From a bacterium (GTDB taxonomy: Bacteria; Krumholzibacteriota; Krumholzibacteriia; G020349025), in the NCBI GenBank assembly GCA_031362565.1, contig JANLSU010000058.1, positions 10,338 to 74,337 on the forward strand: 64,000 bases of DNA, read 5' to 3'. Within the stretch, counting starts at the first letter, position 1; every line of letters starts with the position of its first letter. The notes under the pieces were generated by a model that saw only the letters and a program-made list of their open reading frames with translations, was not told the DNA's origin and searched no databases. The translations under genes and the position numbers were made by a program. This document shows, in pieces, positions 40,046 to 51,378 of the stretch.

Positions 40046-41152
40046 CGACGATCGACCGGGTAGAACAGCAGGCACGGCTCACTCACCTCAAGGAGTGTCT
40101 TTGATCTGCCTCGACTCGTGGCAGAACTCGACACGCTCGAACAACGCACCGCGGCCGCCGGCTTCTGGGATGACCCCAAAGCGGCACGCGAGACCCTGCA
40201 AGGTGTGAAAGAACACAAACTTTGGGTCGAACCCGTGCGCCGTCTCGAAGCCAAGCTCGTCGATCTCGGCGAGCTTGCGACGCTGGCGGCAGCGGAAAAT
40301 GATCCGGCGACGCTGGCGGATGTCGAGCGCGACATGCAAGCCGTGGCGCGCGAGTTGGACGATCTCGAGTTTCGCCTCATGCTGGGCGGCGAAGACGACT
40401 CCAAGAACGCCATCTTGAGCATCCACCCCGGCACCGGCGGGCTCGAGTCGCAGGACTGGGCCGAGATGTTGATGCGCATGTATATGCGCTACTGCGAACG
40501 GCACGGCTGGAAATTCGAGGTCATCGATCTGCAAGCCGGCGAAGGCGCCGGCATCAAGAGCGCGACGATCGAGGTGTCCGGCGAGTATGCGTACGGTCGG
40601 CTCAAGGCGGAGAGCGGCGTGCACCGGCTCATCCGCATCTCGCCATTCGATGCCAACCAGCGCCGCCAGACCTCTTTCGCGTCGGTGATGGCGTACCCGG
40701 AAATCGAAGGTGACGTGGAGGTCGACATCCAGGACGCCGACCTGCGCATCGATACCTACCGCGCCAGCGGCGCCGGCGGCCAGCACGTCAACAAGACGAG
40801 TTCCGCGGTGCGGATCACGCACTTGCCGACCAAAATCGTCGTGACGTGCCAGAACGAACGCTCTCAAGGGCGCAACCGCGAGTTGGCGATGAAAGTTCTG
40901 CGGGCCCGCTTGTACAAGCACTACAAGGAGATCGAGGAAGCGAAACGTGTGGAGCGCGAACCTGAAAAGAAGGAAATCGGCTTCGGAAGCCAGATTCGCA
41001 CCTACACGTTCATGCCGTACACGCTGGTCAAGGATCATCGCACGAACATCGACTCCGGCGACGTGCAAGCGGTGATGGACGGCAAGCTCGATGATTTCAT
41101 CGACGGCTATCTGAAGTGGGCCAACGAAGTCCGTCAAACCCCGCGCTCGTAA
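40042..41152 (+). CDS. prfB: Peptide chain release factor 2, translated via programmed +1 frameshift
   Basis: 20-codon upstream frame ending AGGAG-TGT-CTT-TGA (40091-40104); the +1 frame continues into RF2 containing SPF and GGQ motifs. Confidence 0.95.
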
Positions 41153-41182
41153 CGCCCCCGGACGCTCGAGGAGGAAGACGCA

Positions 41183-42688
41183 ATGTCGCGACCGGACGCG
41201 CTGATGCAGGATCGCATCCAGAAGGTCGAAACCTGGCGGCAGCACGGCATCGACCCGTATCCGGCGAGTTTTCGGCGCACCCACACGACGGAGCAGATAC
41301 GGACCACGGAGAGCCAGATCGGGGCGGCGGAGATCGCCATCGCCGGGCGCCTGATGACCTTGCGCGGCCACGGCAAGACGGCCTTCGCGCACCTCCAAGA
41401 CGGCAGCGGACGGCTGCAGATCTATGTGCGGCAGGATGCGTTGGGCGAGCGGTATGAACAGTGGCAATGGGTCGAGGTGGGGGACCACATCGGCTGCCGC
41501 GGCACGCTCTTTCGCACCAAGACCGGCGAACTGACGTTGCAAGTCGGCGATTTTACCATGCTCGCCAAGTCGCTGCGGCCGTTGCCCGACAAGTGGCACG
41601 GCCTCACCGACAAGGAAGTCCGCTACCGCCAGCGGTACGTCGATTTGTTCGTCAATCCCGAGGTCCGTGACGTCTTCGTGAAACGCTCCCGCATCGTCAC
41701 CGCGGTACGGACCCAGTTGCTCGACCGGGGCTTTCTCGAAGTCGAGACGCCGGTCCTCCAGCCGTTGTACGGCGGCGCCAGCGCCCGCCCGTTCGTGACC
41801 CGGCACAATGCGCTCGACATGCAGTTGTACTTGCGGATCGCCCCGGAACTGTACTTGAAACGTTTGCTGGTGGGCGGCATGGAAGGCGTCTTCGAAGTGG
41901 CGCGCAATTTCCGCAACGAGGGCATGGATCGCTCGCACAATCCCGAGTTCACCATGCTCGAACTGTACGTGGCGTACTGGGACTACGAGGATCAGATGCA
42001 GCTCACCGAAGACATCGTGCGCGGCGCGGCCAAGCAGGTGGAGGCGCTGCAGGCGCACTTTGGGGAGCATGTGGTCGATTTTGGCGCGCCGTTTCACCGC
42101 GTCCGGTTCTTCGCGGCGCTGGAGACGGCGGCGGGCTGTCCGTTGCGCGGCGTGGACGCGGCCGGGTTACGCGCCGTCGCGCGCCGCTTGCACGTCGAAC
42201 ATGCGCCGGGCGACGGCGTGGCGCGCCTCCTCGACAGCTTGTTCGGGGCCCTCGTCGAACCCGGCCTCATCCAACCGACCTTCGTCGTCGACTACCCCAA
42301 GGAACTCTCGCCGCTCGCCAAGGATCATCGCAGCGAGCCCGGGCTCGTGGAGCGCTTCGAATTGTATGCCGCCGGCATGGAACTCGCGAACGCGTTCTCC
42401 GAACTGAACGACCCGCTCGAACAGCGCCGCCGGTTCGAGGAGCAAGTCGCGGCGCGCGCCGGCGGCGACGCCGAGGCACACCCGCTGGACGAGGATTATC
42501 TCCGGGCGCTCGAATACGGCATGCCGCCGGCGGGCGGGCTCGGCCTCGGGATCGACCGCTTGGTGATGCTGCTCACCGGATCGGTGTCGATTCGCGACGT
42601 CCTGCTGTTCCCGGCGCTGCGGCCGGAAGATCCACCGGACACCACTGAAGACGCCCCGAGCCCAGGCGGCGCGGTGACCCCGGCGTGA
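41183..42688 (+). CDS. lysS: Lysine--tRNA ligase (class II)
   Basis: RYRQRY.DL, FLEVETP, ARPF.T, YLRIAPELYLKRL, FRNEG...HNPEFT and YGMPP..GLG.GIDRL. Confidence 0.97.
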   Translation: MSRPDALMQDRIQKVETWRQHGIDPYPASFRRTHTTEQIRTTESQIGAAEIAIAGRLMTLRGHGKTAFAHLQDGSGRLQIYVRQDALGERYEQWQWVEVGDHIGCRGTLFRTKTGELTLQVGDFTMLAKSLRPLPDKWHGLTDKEVRYRQRYVDLFVNPEVRDVFVKRSRIVTAVRTQLLDRGFLEVETPVLQPLYGGASARPFVTRHNALDMQLYLRIAPELYLKRLLVGGMEGVFEVARNFRNEGMDRSHNPEFTMLELYVAYWDYEDQMQLTEDIVRGAAKQVEALQAHFGEHVVDFGAPFHRVRFFAALETAAGCPLRGVDAAGLRAVARRLHVEHAPGDGVARLLDSLFGALVEPGLIQPTFVVDYPKELSPLAKDHRSEPGLVERFELYAAGMELANAFSELNDPLEQRRRFEEQVAARAGGDAEAHPLDEDYLRALEYGMPPAGGLGLGIDRLVMLLTGSVSIRDVLLFPALRPEDPPDTTEDAPSPGGAVTPA

Positions 42689-43938
42689 TGCGCTACACCT
42701 GGTTCATCGGCCTGCGCTATCTGCGGCCCAAGCACCGGCATTTCCTCCTGTCGGTCATCGCGGTCATCGCGACCGTGGGCGTCATGTTCGCGGTCGCGGC
42801 GCCCGAACTGACGCTGTCCGTGATGAACGGCTTCGAGAAGGAAGTCCGCATGCGCATCGTCAACACCAACTACAACGTGTTCGTGATGTCGCGGTCCGAG
42901 TTCCACGACTGGCACGCGGTCATGGACACGGTACGGCGCCACAAGGGTGTGCAATCGGTGTCGCCGTTCGTGCGCCAAGCAGCCATGCTGTCGTTCGGCA
43001 ACCAGGGTTCAGGCCAGCGCTTTCACGGTTGCGAGGTCCTCGGCGTGAATGCCGCCGAGGAATCCTTGACGACCCGCGTCATCCAGACCACCAAGCCCGA
43101 GTTCTACGGCTTCGATTCGGATCTCTTCGACGTCGACGGGCAGCACTATCCGGGCATCGTCCTTGGTGTCGACCTGGGCAAGGAACTGACCGTCAGCCTG
43201 GGAGATGTGCTGACGGTCGCGGCCCAGGCGGATTCGGGCGCAGTGGGTGGCGAATCGCGCATCGTACAGCGGCGCTTTCGCGTCGTCGGTTTCCTGAATT
43301 CAGGTTTTTACGAATTCGACGCCCAGCTCGCCTACGTGTCGCTGGCCGAAGCGCAGAGCTTGTTTGGATTCGGCAACCGTGTCTACGGGATTGGCGTTCG
43401 CGTCGACGATATCTATGCCGCCGACCGGATCGGCAGCGAGCTCGATGCACAGCTTGGGCTGCGCTACTACACGAACAATTGGATGTACATGTTCCGCAAC
43501 GTCTTCACGTGGATGGCGACGGAGCGCAAGCTGATGACGCTGGTGTTCGCGGTGATCATCGCCATCGCCGCGATCACCGTGGTTGGGATGCTGACCATGA
43601 TCGTGATGGAGAAGCGCAAAGCCATCGGCATCCTGAAGAGTCTCGGCGTCCCCCGCGGCGGCATCATGACGATTTTCATCATTCAAGGCACGGCGATCGG
43701 CGTCGTGGGCGCGGTGCTTGGGAGCGCCTTGGGCTATATGGCGTGCCAAATCGTCGACCGGGTCGGCATCGATCTGCCGGGCGATGTGTACATCATCGAC
43801 ACGTTGCCGGTGCAGATGCGGCCGCTGGATTTCGCGATCGTCTCGGGGGTTGCCGTGGTGCTCTGTTTCCTGGCGACGCTGTATCCGAGCTGGGAGGCGG
43901 CGCGGCTCGATCCCATCGAGGCGATCCGCTATGAATGA
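42688..43938 (+). CDS. lolE: Lipoprotein-releasing ABC transporter permease LolC/E
   Basis: SVMNGF, IGILKSLG, FI.QG and ATLYPS..AARL.P.EA.RYE; single LolC/E(LolF)-type gene. Confidence 0.88.
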   Translation: MRYTWFIGLRYLRPKHRHFLLSVIAVIATVGVMFAVAAPELTLSVMNGFEKEVRMRIVNTNYNVFVMSRSEFHDWHAVMDTVRRHKGVQSVSPFVRQAAMLSFGNQGSGQRFHGCEVLGVNAAEESLTTRVIQTTKPEFYGFDSDLFDVDGQHYPGIVLGVDLGKELTVSLGDVLTVAAQADSGAVGGESRIVQRRFRVVGFLNSGFYEFDAQLAYVSLAEAQSLFGFGNRVYGIGVRVDDIYAADRIGSELDAQLGLRYYTNNWMYMFRNVFTWMATERKLMTLVFAVIIAIAAITVVGMLTMIVMEKRKAIGILKSLGVPRGGIMTIFIIQGTAIGVVGAVLGSALGYMACQIVDRVGIDLPGDVYIIDTLPVQMRPLDFAIVSGVAVVLCFLATLYPSWEAARLDPIEAIRYE

Positions 43939-44005
43939 GCGTCCCTTGCGGGCCCGGTGAGCCGCGGCCTACATTCGAGCCTAAGCCCAAGCAGGGAGGG
44001 GTCGA

Positions 44006-44704
44006 TTGACCGAGGTCGTGCGGGCGGCAGGCGTCCAGAAGGGCTTTGGGCCGGCGGATGCGCGCATCCAGGTCCTCTCCGACGTGGCACTCGCGGTCAC
44101 GGCGGGAGAAATGGTGGCAGTGGCGGGCAGTTCGGGGAGCGGGAAGAGCACGCTGCTGCACATCCTCGGTGGGCTCCTGCATCCGGATGCGGGGCAGGTC
44201 GAGGTGGACGGCGATGCGGTCTATGGGATTTCGGAAATGCGGCGCGCCGCGTTGCGCAACACCCGGGTGGGATTCGTGTTCCAATTTCATCACCTGTTGC
44301 CGGAGTTCAGCGCGGCGGAAAATGTCGCCCTGCCGGCGATGGTGGCCGGAGTCGGACAAGCAGCGGCGCTCGAGCGGGCCCGCGAGCTGTTGGCGGAGAT
44401 GGGACTCGCGGCGCGTGCCCACCACAAACCGGGCGAGATGTCGGGCGGCGAGCAACAGCGGGTGGCGGTGGCGCGGGCGCTCGTCAACAACCCGCGGGTG
44501 ATCCTGGCCGACGAACCGTCGGGGAACTTGGACTCGAGCGCCAGCGAACAACTGCATGCGCTGCTCGAGAATCTGGCGCGTGACCGCGGTGTCGCGTTGC
44601 TGATTGCGACTCACAGTCCGGCGCTCGCGCGGCGGGCGCACCGGACGCTCGTGCTGAAGGATCAGCGTTTGCACGCCGCCGGCGACTTGGAGGGCTGGGC
44701 ATGA
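44006..44704 (+). CDS. lolD: Lipoprotein-releasing ABC transporter ATPase LolD
   Basis: GSSGSGKSTLL, GFVFQFHHLLPEFSA.EN, SGGEQQR and ADEP.GNLD. Confidence 0.9.
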   Translation: MTEVVRAAGVQKGFGPADARIQVLSDVALAVTAGEMVAVAGSSGSGKSTLLHILGGLLHPDAGQVEVDGDAVYGISEMRRAALRNTRVGFVFQFHHLLPEFSAAENVALPAMVAGVGQAAALERARELLAEMGLAARAHHKPGEMSGGEQQRVAVARALVNNPRVILADEPSGNLDSSASEQLHALLENLARDRGVALLIATHSPALARRAHRTLVLKDQRLHAAGDLEGWA

Positions 44705-45270
44705 GCGACCCGCGCTGTGATCTCTGCGGTGGGCAGCACGCGACGGTGCGTTTCACCGAGATCGACGACGGCCAGAAGACCAAACGGACGATTTGCCGTA
44801 CTTGTGCCGAAGCCCGCGGCCTGCTCGAATCGACGTCGCCGACCGTGACGGTCTTGCAGAAGCTCTTGTCGGTCGCACCGGTGCCGAAGGCACCGCCCGG
44901 CGAAACGCCGGCGCCGGCGACCGTCGAACGGAGTTGTCCGAGTTGTGCGTTGTCGCTGGCGACGTTCCGGCGCCAGGGCCGCCTGGGATGCGCGATGTGC
45001 TGGACGGTGTTCGAGGCCCAGCTCGTACCGATCTTGCGCAACATCCAACCCAATGTACGGCACGTCGGCAAGGCACCGCGGACCCACGCCCGCCAGGCGG
45101 AATTGCGGCAGCGTTTCGCGGATTTGCGCGCCGAGCTGGAGCGCGCCGTGCGCGGCGAAGACTACGAACGGGCGGCGCATGTGCGCGACGAGATTCGCAC
45201 CCTGGAACGCCTCGAAAGCGCCCCGGCAGTACCGGCCGGCGACGAACCGGCCGGGGAGAACCAGCCATGA
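44701..45270 (+). CDS. mcsA: McsA (protein-arginine kinase activator; 4 CxxC plus UVR domain)
   Basis: CDLC, CRTC, CPSC, GRLGCAMC, HVGK.P and AV..EDYE.AA..RD.I. Confidence 0.9.
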   Translation: MSDPRCDLCGGQHATVRFTEIDDGQKTKRTICRTCAEARGLLESTSPTVTVLQKLLSVAPVPKAPPGETPAPATVERSCPSCALSLATFRRQGRLGCAMCWTVFEAQLVPILRNIQPNVRHVGKAPRTHARQAELRQRFADLRAELERAVRGEDYERAAHVRDEIRTLERLESAPAVPAGDEPAGENQP

Positions 45271-46322
45271 CCACGTGGGCGGAACTCGCAGCGGCACCCT
45301 GCGGTTGGCTCTCCGATCACGCCCCGCAGGGTGGCGCGGTGCTGTCGTCGCGGATCCGGCTGGCGCGCAATCTTGCCGGCCGCACCTTTCCGCAACGGGC
45401 CCGCCGGCCGCAGCGGTCGGAGTTGCGGCGGGAAATTTTCGAGCGCACCCACGGCCTCGAACGCCTCAACGCTGGCGCCTGGCTGGCGCTCGACGAACTC
45501 GAACAGGTCCAGAGACGGTTCCTGGGCGAACGTCAGCTCGTCAGCCAAGACCTCGTCGAATCGCCCGAAGGACGCGGCGTCGTGATCGCGACCGACCAGA
45601 CAATGTCGTTCATGGTGAACGAGGAAGATCACCTGCGGATCCAAGCCATCCGGAGCGGCCTGGACTTGGACGCCGCCTATCACGCGGCCGACGGGCTCGA
45701 ATGCGATCTGGACGCCCGGCTCGAGTTCGCCTACTCGGAACGTTTCGGCTTCCTGACGGCGTGCCCGACCAATGCCGGCACCGGCATGCGTGCATCGGTG
45801 CTGATCCACTTGCCGGGGATCTGCCTCAACAAGGAGACCGACCGGCTGTTCGAGACGCTGCGGGCGCAGGGTCTGACGATTCGCGGCTTCTACGGCGAGG
45901 GCAGCGCCATGCTCGGAAATTTTTTCCAGATCTCGAACGCCACGACGCTCGGAATGCGTGAAGCCGAGATCCTCGAGAAACTGGATCGTGCCGCGCGTGA
46001 GCTGATCGCCTGGGAAGAACAGGCACGGGATGCGCTCCTGTCCAGGGCACGGAGCTTGCTCGAGGACCGAATCTGGCGTTCCTACGGAGTGTTGCGCTAC
46101 GCGCGCGTGCTGTCCGCCGAGGAGGTCCTGAATCATGCTTCGCTCCTGCGGTTGGGAATCGGCATCGGGACGCTGCAGGTTCCCGTGCAAGTGTTGAACG
46201 AGATCCTGATCCACGGCCAGCCGGCGCACGCCCAGGTTTTGGGCCGCGGCGATCAGCCGGGCGAGCGCGATACGTGGCGGGCCGAGATGGTGCGCAAGAA
46301 ATTGCGGCAGGTGGAGCCCTAA
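45267..46322 (+). CDS. mcsB: Protein-arginine kinase McsB
   Basis: SSRIRLARN, MVNEEDHLR, G.LTACPTN.GTG.RAS, RG.YGEGS and FQISN..TLG. Confidence 0.93.
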   Translation: MTTWAELAAAPCGWLSDHAPQGGAVLSSRIRLARNLAGRTFPQRARRPQRSELRREIFERTHGLERLNAGAWLALDELEQVQRRFLGERQLVSQDLVESPEGRGVVIATDQTMSFMVNEEDHLRIQAIRSGLDLDAAYHAADGLECDLDARLEFAYSERFGFLTACPTNAGTGMRASVLIHLPGICLNKETDRLFETLRAQGLTIRGFYGEGSAMLGNFFQISNATTLGMREAEILEKLDRAARELIAWEEQARDALLSRARSLLEDRIWRSYGVLRYARVLSAEEVLNHASLLRLGIGIGTLQVPVQVLNEILIHGQPAHAQVLGRGDQPGERDTWRAEMVRKKLRQVEP

Positions 46323-46359
46323 TGGTATATTTTGCGGCCGCACTCCAGGGAGGCCAGCG

Positions 46360-48795
46360 ATGAACGATCGTTTTACCGAACGCGTCAAGAAGGTGCTCTT
46401 CCTCGCGCGTGACGAGGCTGGCCGGCTTCAACACGACTACATCGGCACGGAGCATTTCCTGCTCGGGATCGTCCGCGAGGGCGAGGGAATTGCGGCCAAA
46501 GTACTGCAGAACCTCGGTTTGACCTCGGAACAGATCCAACAGGCCGTGGAAAAGATGGTGGCGCCGAGCGGCGGCACGTTGACGATCGGCGAGATTCCGT
46601 TTACGCCGCGCGCCAAGCGTGTCCTCGAGCTGTCGGTGGAAGAGGCGCGTCTTCTCGGGCACAACTACATCGGCACCGAGCATCTGCTGCTGGGGCTGAT
46701 TCGCGAGGGCGAGGGCGTGGCAGCCCGGGTGCTCATCGAGCTGGGCGCCGACCGCAAGCGCGTCCGCGAGGAGACCCTCAAGCTTTTGGGCGGCATCGGC
46801 ACGACGTCGCGCCCGACCAAGAAGGAAAAACGCGAAACTCCAGCCCTGGATCAATTCGGCCGCGATCTCACCCAGCTCGCCACGGACGGCAAGCTGGACC
46901 CGGTCATTGGCCGTGACAAAGAGATCGAGCGCGTCGTTCAGGTGCTGTCGCGGCGCAAGAAGAACAACCCGGCCCTGATCGGTGAACCCGGCGTCGGCAA
47001 GACCGCCATCGTCGAGGGCCTGGCCCAACGCATCATCTCGAGCCAGGTGCCGGACCTGCTCAAAGACAAGAAGCTGGTCACGCTTGATCTCGCATCGATC
47101 GTTGCGGGAACGAAATACCGCGGCCAGTTCGAGGAACGCCTGAAGGCGGTCATGAACGAGATCCGCGAGTCCGAAGACGTCATCGTCTTTATCGACGAGT
47201 TGCACACGATCGTCGGCGCCGGCGGCGCCGAGGGCGCCATCGACGCCTCGAACATGCTCAAGCCGTCGCTCGCCAGAGGCGAACTGCAGTGCATCGGCGC
47301 CACCACCCTCGACGAGTACCGCAAGTACATCGAGAAGGACGGCGCTCTCGAGCGGCGGTTCCAGCCCATCTTCGTCAATCCGCCCAACGAAGAGGAAACC
47401 ATCCGCATCATCTTCGGCCTGCGCGACAAGTACGAAGCGCATCACCGCGCCAAGATTACCGATGCGGCGGTCGTGATGGCGGTGCAACTGTCGCAGCGTT
47501 ACATCAATGACCGGTTCCTGCCGGACAAGGCGATCGACGTCATCGACGAGGCCGGCAGCCGGGCGCGGCTGTCGATCAGCAGCATCCCCACCGGGGTGCG
47601 CGAACTCGAACAGAAGATCGAGCAGGTCGCCAAGGAAAAGGAATCCTGCATTCAGGCGCAGGAGTTCGAAAAGGCGGCCGGCTATCGCGACAAGGAAAAG
47701 GACTTGCGCGAGCAACTGCGCCAGATCCACGAAGAGTGGAAGGAAAAGAAGAAGGAGCAGGAAGCCATCGTCGACGGCCAGGACATCGCCCGGGTGGTGG
47801 GCGAGATGACCGGCATTCCGGTCGCCAATCTGGCCGAAGGCGAAAGCGAGAAGCTGCTCCGCATGGAAGAGCAGCTCGAGAAGCGCATCATCGGCCAGAG
47901 CGACGCGGTCAAAGCCGTGTCGCGGGCGGTCAGGCGGAATCGCGCCGGGCTCCGCAACCCGAAGCGCCCGATCGGTTCCTTCATCTTCTTCGGCCCGACC
48001 GGCGTCGGCAAGACCGAGATGGCGAAGGTGCTGGCCAAGTTCCTGTTCGATGACGAAGAGGCGCTCATCCGCGTCGACATGTCGGAGTACATGGAGAAGT
48101 TCGCGGTCAGCCGGCTCATCGGCGCCCCGCCCGGCTACGTCGGCTACGACGAGGGCGGACAGCTTACCGAGAAGGTGCGCCGCAAACCCTATTCGGTCGT
48201 GCTCCTCGACGAAATCGAGAAGGCGCATCCGGACGTGTACAACATTCTGCTGCAGGTGATCGAAGACGGCCAACTGACCGACAGCTTCGGCCGCCGGGTG
48301 GATTTCAAGAATACCGTTCTCATCATGACCTCGAACGTCGGCGCCCGCCAGATGAAGCAAGGCCCGGGGCTGGGCTTCACCGCCGACGACTCCAGTGTCT
48401 ATACGGACCTGGCGAGCAAGGTGAAGGACGAGATGAAGAAGGTTTTCAACCCGGAGTTCTTGAATCGTATCGACGAGATCATTATCTTCCGGCCGCTGGG
48501 ACGGGGCGAGATGGGCGACATCCTGAACGTGATGACTGCCGACCTCGAGCAACGGTTGCGGGATCTGCAGATTTCCTTCGAGTTCACGGAAGCCGCCAAG
48601 ACCTTCCTCATCGGCAAGGGCTTCGACTCCAATCTGGGAGCCCGGCCGCTCAGGCGCGCGATCCAGACCTATCTGGAGGATCCGCTCTCGGAGCGGCTGT
48701 TGACGGGGTCCCTGGAGAAGGGGACACGCCTCAAGATCGACGCCGGCGATGACAAACTCGTGTTCGAGGTGGAGAAGCAAGGCGTCACGTCCTAG
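46360..48795 (+). CDS. clpC: ATP-dependent Clp protease ATP-binding subunit ClpC
   Basis: Double Clp-N repeat (YIGTEH), GEPGVGKT, short UVR-type middle domain, GPTGVGKT and LGF ClpP-binding loop. Confidence 0.96.
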   Translation: MNDRFTERVKKVLFLARDEAGRLQHDYIGTEHFLLGIVREGEGIAAKVLQNLGLTSEQIQQAVEKMVAPSGGTLTIGEIPFTPRAKRVLELSVEEARLLGHNYIGTEHLLLGLIREGEGVAARVLIELGADRKRVREETLKLLGGIGTTSRPTKKEKRETPALDQFGRDLTQLATDGKLDPVIGRDKEIERVVQVLSRRKKNNPALIGEPGVGKTAIVEGLAQRIISSQVPDLLKDKKLVTLDLASIVAGTKYRGQFEERLKAVMNEIRESEDVIVFIDELHTIVGAGGAEGAIDASNMLKPSLARGELQCIGATTLDEYRKYIEKDGALERRFQPIFVNPPNEEETIRIIFGLRDKYEAHHRAKITDAAVVMAVQLSQRYINDRFLPDKAIDVIDEAGSRARLSISSIPTGVRELEQKIEQVAKEKESCIQAQEFEKAAGYRDKEKDLREQLRQIHEEWKEKKKEQEAIVDGQDIARVVGEMTGIPVANLAEGESEKLLRMEEQLEKRIIGQSDAVKAVSRAVRRNRAGLRNPKRPIGSFIFFGPTGVGKTEMAKVLAKFLFDDEEALIRVDMSEYMEKFAVSRLIGAPPGYVGYDEGGQLTEKVRRKPYSVVLLDEIEKAHPDVYNILLQVIEDGQLTDSFGRRVDFKNTVLIMTSNVGARQMKQGPGLGFTADDSSVYTDLASKVKDEMKKVFNPEFLNRIDEIIIFRPLGRGEMGDILNVMTADLEQRLRDLQISFEFTEAAKTFLIGKGFDSNLGARPLRRAIQTYLEDPLSERLLTGSLEKGTRLKIDAGDDKLVFEVEKQGVTS

Positions 48796-48824
48796 CGCCT
48801 CCATCCCGCGGTTCCAGACCCGAC

Positions 48825-48863
48825 CAGCCCGAAGCCTGGACAGGCGTCGGGCTGTTGTCGTTT
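48825..48863 (+). terminator. Probable intrinsic terminator after clpC
   Basis: Hairpin CAGCCCGA-A-GCCTG-GA-CAGGC-G-TCGGGCTG followed by TTGTCGTTT. Confidence 0.6.
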
Positions 48864-48954
48864 GATGCGGACAGACGGGTGGCACTTTCGACGCCACCCG
48901 GGGTTCCAGGGAAATCGGTCCTGGGCCCGGACCCCCCCTGGGAAGGAACGAGGC

Positions 48955-51291
48955 ATGCTGGTCGTGGGGAAAGGGCGCGCGTCGGCTCGGGCGGACGTGC
49001 GCAGTGGGTGGGTGTGCGTCGTCCTGGCGGCCGCCATCGCATGCTTGGCGACCGGCGCCGGCGCGCAAACGCTGCCACCGGCGGCGACGGTCCCGAACGT
49101 CGTGCGGATCGAGGTCGAAGGCAATCACCAGGTGCCGGTCGATCAAATCCTCCAGTGGTTCGGTGTCCGTGCCGGTGACCGCTTCGACCCAGGGCGTGTC
49201 GCACGTGCCGTCCGCGAACTGACCTCGAAGAAACGATTCGAAGACGTGCGCATCGAGGGCGAGAACGCCGCCGGTGGCATCGTGTTGCACGTCGTGGTGC
49301 GCGAGTATCCGCACCTGGACGGGGTCCGGATCGTCGGTGCCAAGAAGCTCAAGGAAAAGGACATCCGCGACGCCCTCAAGCTCGCCACCGGCAGCTTTCT
49401 GACCCCGGCTGAGTTGCGTGTCGACCAAGACAAGATCACGTCGTTGTACAAGGACAAGGGCTACTTCCGCGCCGTGGTACGCGACACACTGGTCGCGGAC
49501 GCCGACGGCAAGCAAGCATTGCAATGGCAGATCGAGGAAGGCGAGAAGGTGCGGGCGCGCGATGTTGCCTTCGTCGGCAACGACCACATCGCCGCCAAAC
49601 CACTCGGCAAGCTCTTGAAGCGCGACGGCGGCTTCTTGTCGCTCGGCGACGAACTCCGGTTGGATGCGCTGCCGGATGAGTTCGAGAAGATCGCCGGCTA
49701 TTATCGCGACCGCGGCTACCTCGACGCGCAAGTCGTGTCGCACGATCTCGACGTCGGCAAGGACGGCGAGAGCCTGCTGCTGCGGATCCACGTCCAGGAG
49801 GGGCCCCGGTATACCGTCGGCACCATCGGCTGGTCCGGCAACACGGTGTTCGGCGACTCGCTCTTGCAACGCTGCATTCGCCTGCGCCAGGGCGCGCCGT
49901 TCAGCGAGGCGCAGTACGACTCGACGACCGCCGCGATCTACTCGCTCTACAACGACCGCGGCTACATTCACTTCAATGCCGTGCCAAAGCGCGACATCCA
50001 GGATCATGTCGTGAACGTCGCCTACGAGTTCAGCGAGGGCGACCCGTCCACCGTCGGCCACGTGCGTATCGCCGGCAATACCAAGACGCACGACAACGTT
50101 ATTCTGAGAGAATTCCTCATCCTGCCGGGCGACAAATTCGACCGTTCGAAGCTCATGCGTTCGATCCGCGAAGTGTATTCGCTCGGTTTCTTCGACGACG
50201 CCGGGATCCAGAACTTCACGCCGCGCGACGACGGCACGGTCGACCTGGAGCTCAAAGTGATGGAGAAACAAACCGGCCAGCTCGGCGCCGGCGCCGGCTA
50301 CAGCGCCGTGAATGCCGTCACCGGTTTCATCGAGGTCGCGGAAACGAATCTGTTCGGCAGCGGCAACCGCATGTCGTTCCGCTGGGAGTTTTCGAAACGC
50401 CAGAACGATGTCGACTTCAGCTACTCGATGCCGTGGCTGTTCGACACTCCAACGTCGCTCGGCATCGACCTCTACAATAGTTCGCGCCGGTCGGCAGTCA
50501 GCGATTTCTATCGCGACAAGCGCACCGGTGGTTCGCTCACCGTCGGCCGCCGGCTCGATTTCCTGGACTACAGCCGGCTGGCGTGGCGGTTCCGCGCCGA
50601 GAGCATCGAGCTGACCGATTTCTCGGCCGACTACACCGGCCCGCTGCGGGCCCGTTTCAAGGATGGGCGGCGCAAGACGATCAGCACCGGCCTGACGCTG
50701 CGGCGTGACTCGACGAACGACCCGTTCTTCCCGAGTGCCGGCTCCGAGGCCGAACTCTCGAGCGACTTGATCGGCACGGTTTTGGGCGGCGATGAAAGCT
50801 ACGCGCGCTCGAGCGCCTCGTTGGCGCTGTTTCAGCCGGTCGGGTGGTCGAGACTGGCTCTCATGCTGCGGACGCGCTTCGGCCTGCTGCGCGGCCTGCG
50901 TGGCCACAGCACGCCGGATTACGAACTGTTCCGTTTGGGCGGCAGCCGCTATTTCGGAGTCCGTGGGTACGATGACTTCGAAATCGTGCCGGCGGGGAAC
51001 CCGGCGTTTCTGGGCGGCCAGGCCATGTCCATCTATACGGCCGAACTGACCTACCCCTTCAGTCCCAAGTTCCACGGCGTCCTGTTCGCCGACGCCGGCA
51101 ACACCTGGACCTCGTTTCGCGACGCGGACTTGTCGTTGCTCAAGAAGGGCGCCGGGGTGGGTGTCCGGGTCCAGGTCCCCATGCTGGGACAGCTGGGTCT
51201 GGACTACGGGTACGGCTTCGACCGGGTCGACGCCCTCGGGCGGGACCGGGATAGCTGGAATCTGCACTTCAACTTCGGCCAAATGTTCTGA
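48955..51291 (+). CDS. bamA: Outer membrane protein assembly factor BamA
   Basis: POTRA repeats (Y.D.GY, GNTKT.D.VI.RE), barrel with VRGY and C-terminal F; start approximate. Confidence 0.93.
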   Translation: MLVVGKGRASARADVRSGWVCVVLAAAIACLATGAGAQTLPPAATVPNVVRIEVEGNHQVPVDQILQWFGVRAGDRFDPGRVARAVRELTSKKRFEDVRIEGENAAGGIVLHVVVREYPHLDGVRIVGAKKLKEKDIRDALKLATGSFLTPAELRVDQDKITSLYKDKGYFRAVVRDTLVADADGKQALQWQIEEGEKVRARDVAFVGNDHIAAKPLGKLLKRDGGFLSLGDELRLDALPDEFEKIAGYYRDRGYLDAQVVSHDLDVGKDGESLLLRIHVQEGPRYTVGTIGWSGNTVFGDSLLQRCIRLRQGAPFSEAQYDSTTAAIYSLYNDRGYIHFNAVPKRDIQDHVVNVAYEFSEGDPSTVGHVRIAGNTKTHDNVILREFLILPGDKFDRSKLMRSIREVYSLGFFDDAGIQNFTPRDDGTVDLELKVMEKQTGQLGAGAGYSAVNAVTGFIEVAETNLFGSGNRMSFRWEFSKRQNDVDFSYSMPWLFDTPTSLGIDLYNSSRRSAVSDFYRDKRTGGSLTVGRRLDFLDYSRLAWRFRAESIELTDFSADYTGPLRARFKDGRRKTISTGLTLRRDSTNDPFFPSAGSEAELSSDLIGTVLGGDESYARSSASLALFQPVGWSRLALMLRTRFGLLRGLRGHSTPDYELFRLGGSRYFGVRGYDDFEIVPAGNPAFLGGQAMSIYTAELTYPFSPKFHGVLFADAGNTWTSFRDADLSLLKKGAGVGVRVQVPMLGQLGLDYGYGFDRVDALGRDRDSWNLHFNFGQMF

Positions 51292-51378
51292 AATCGCCTA
51301 GAATGCCGGGCGCTCCGGGCCTCTCGAGGGCCCTGTGGGCCCGTGGGGCCTCGCGTCACCAAAAGCGCCAACGGGAGG

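Noticed and set aside
40099-40104. In-frame stop in prfB read as a pseudogene or sequencing error
   Set aside because: Matches the established programmed frameshift site with its internal SD.
45826-51282. 1818-aa minus-strand ORF
   Set aside because: Antisense shadow of mcsB, clpC and bamA produced by high-GC codon bias; no recognisable motifs, and the plus-strand genes are unambiguous.
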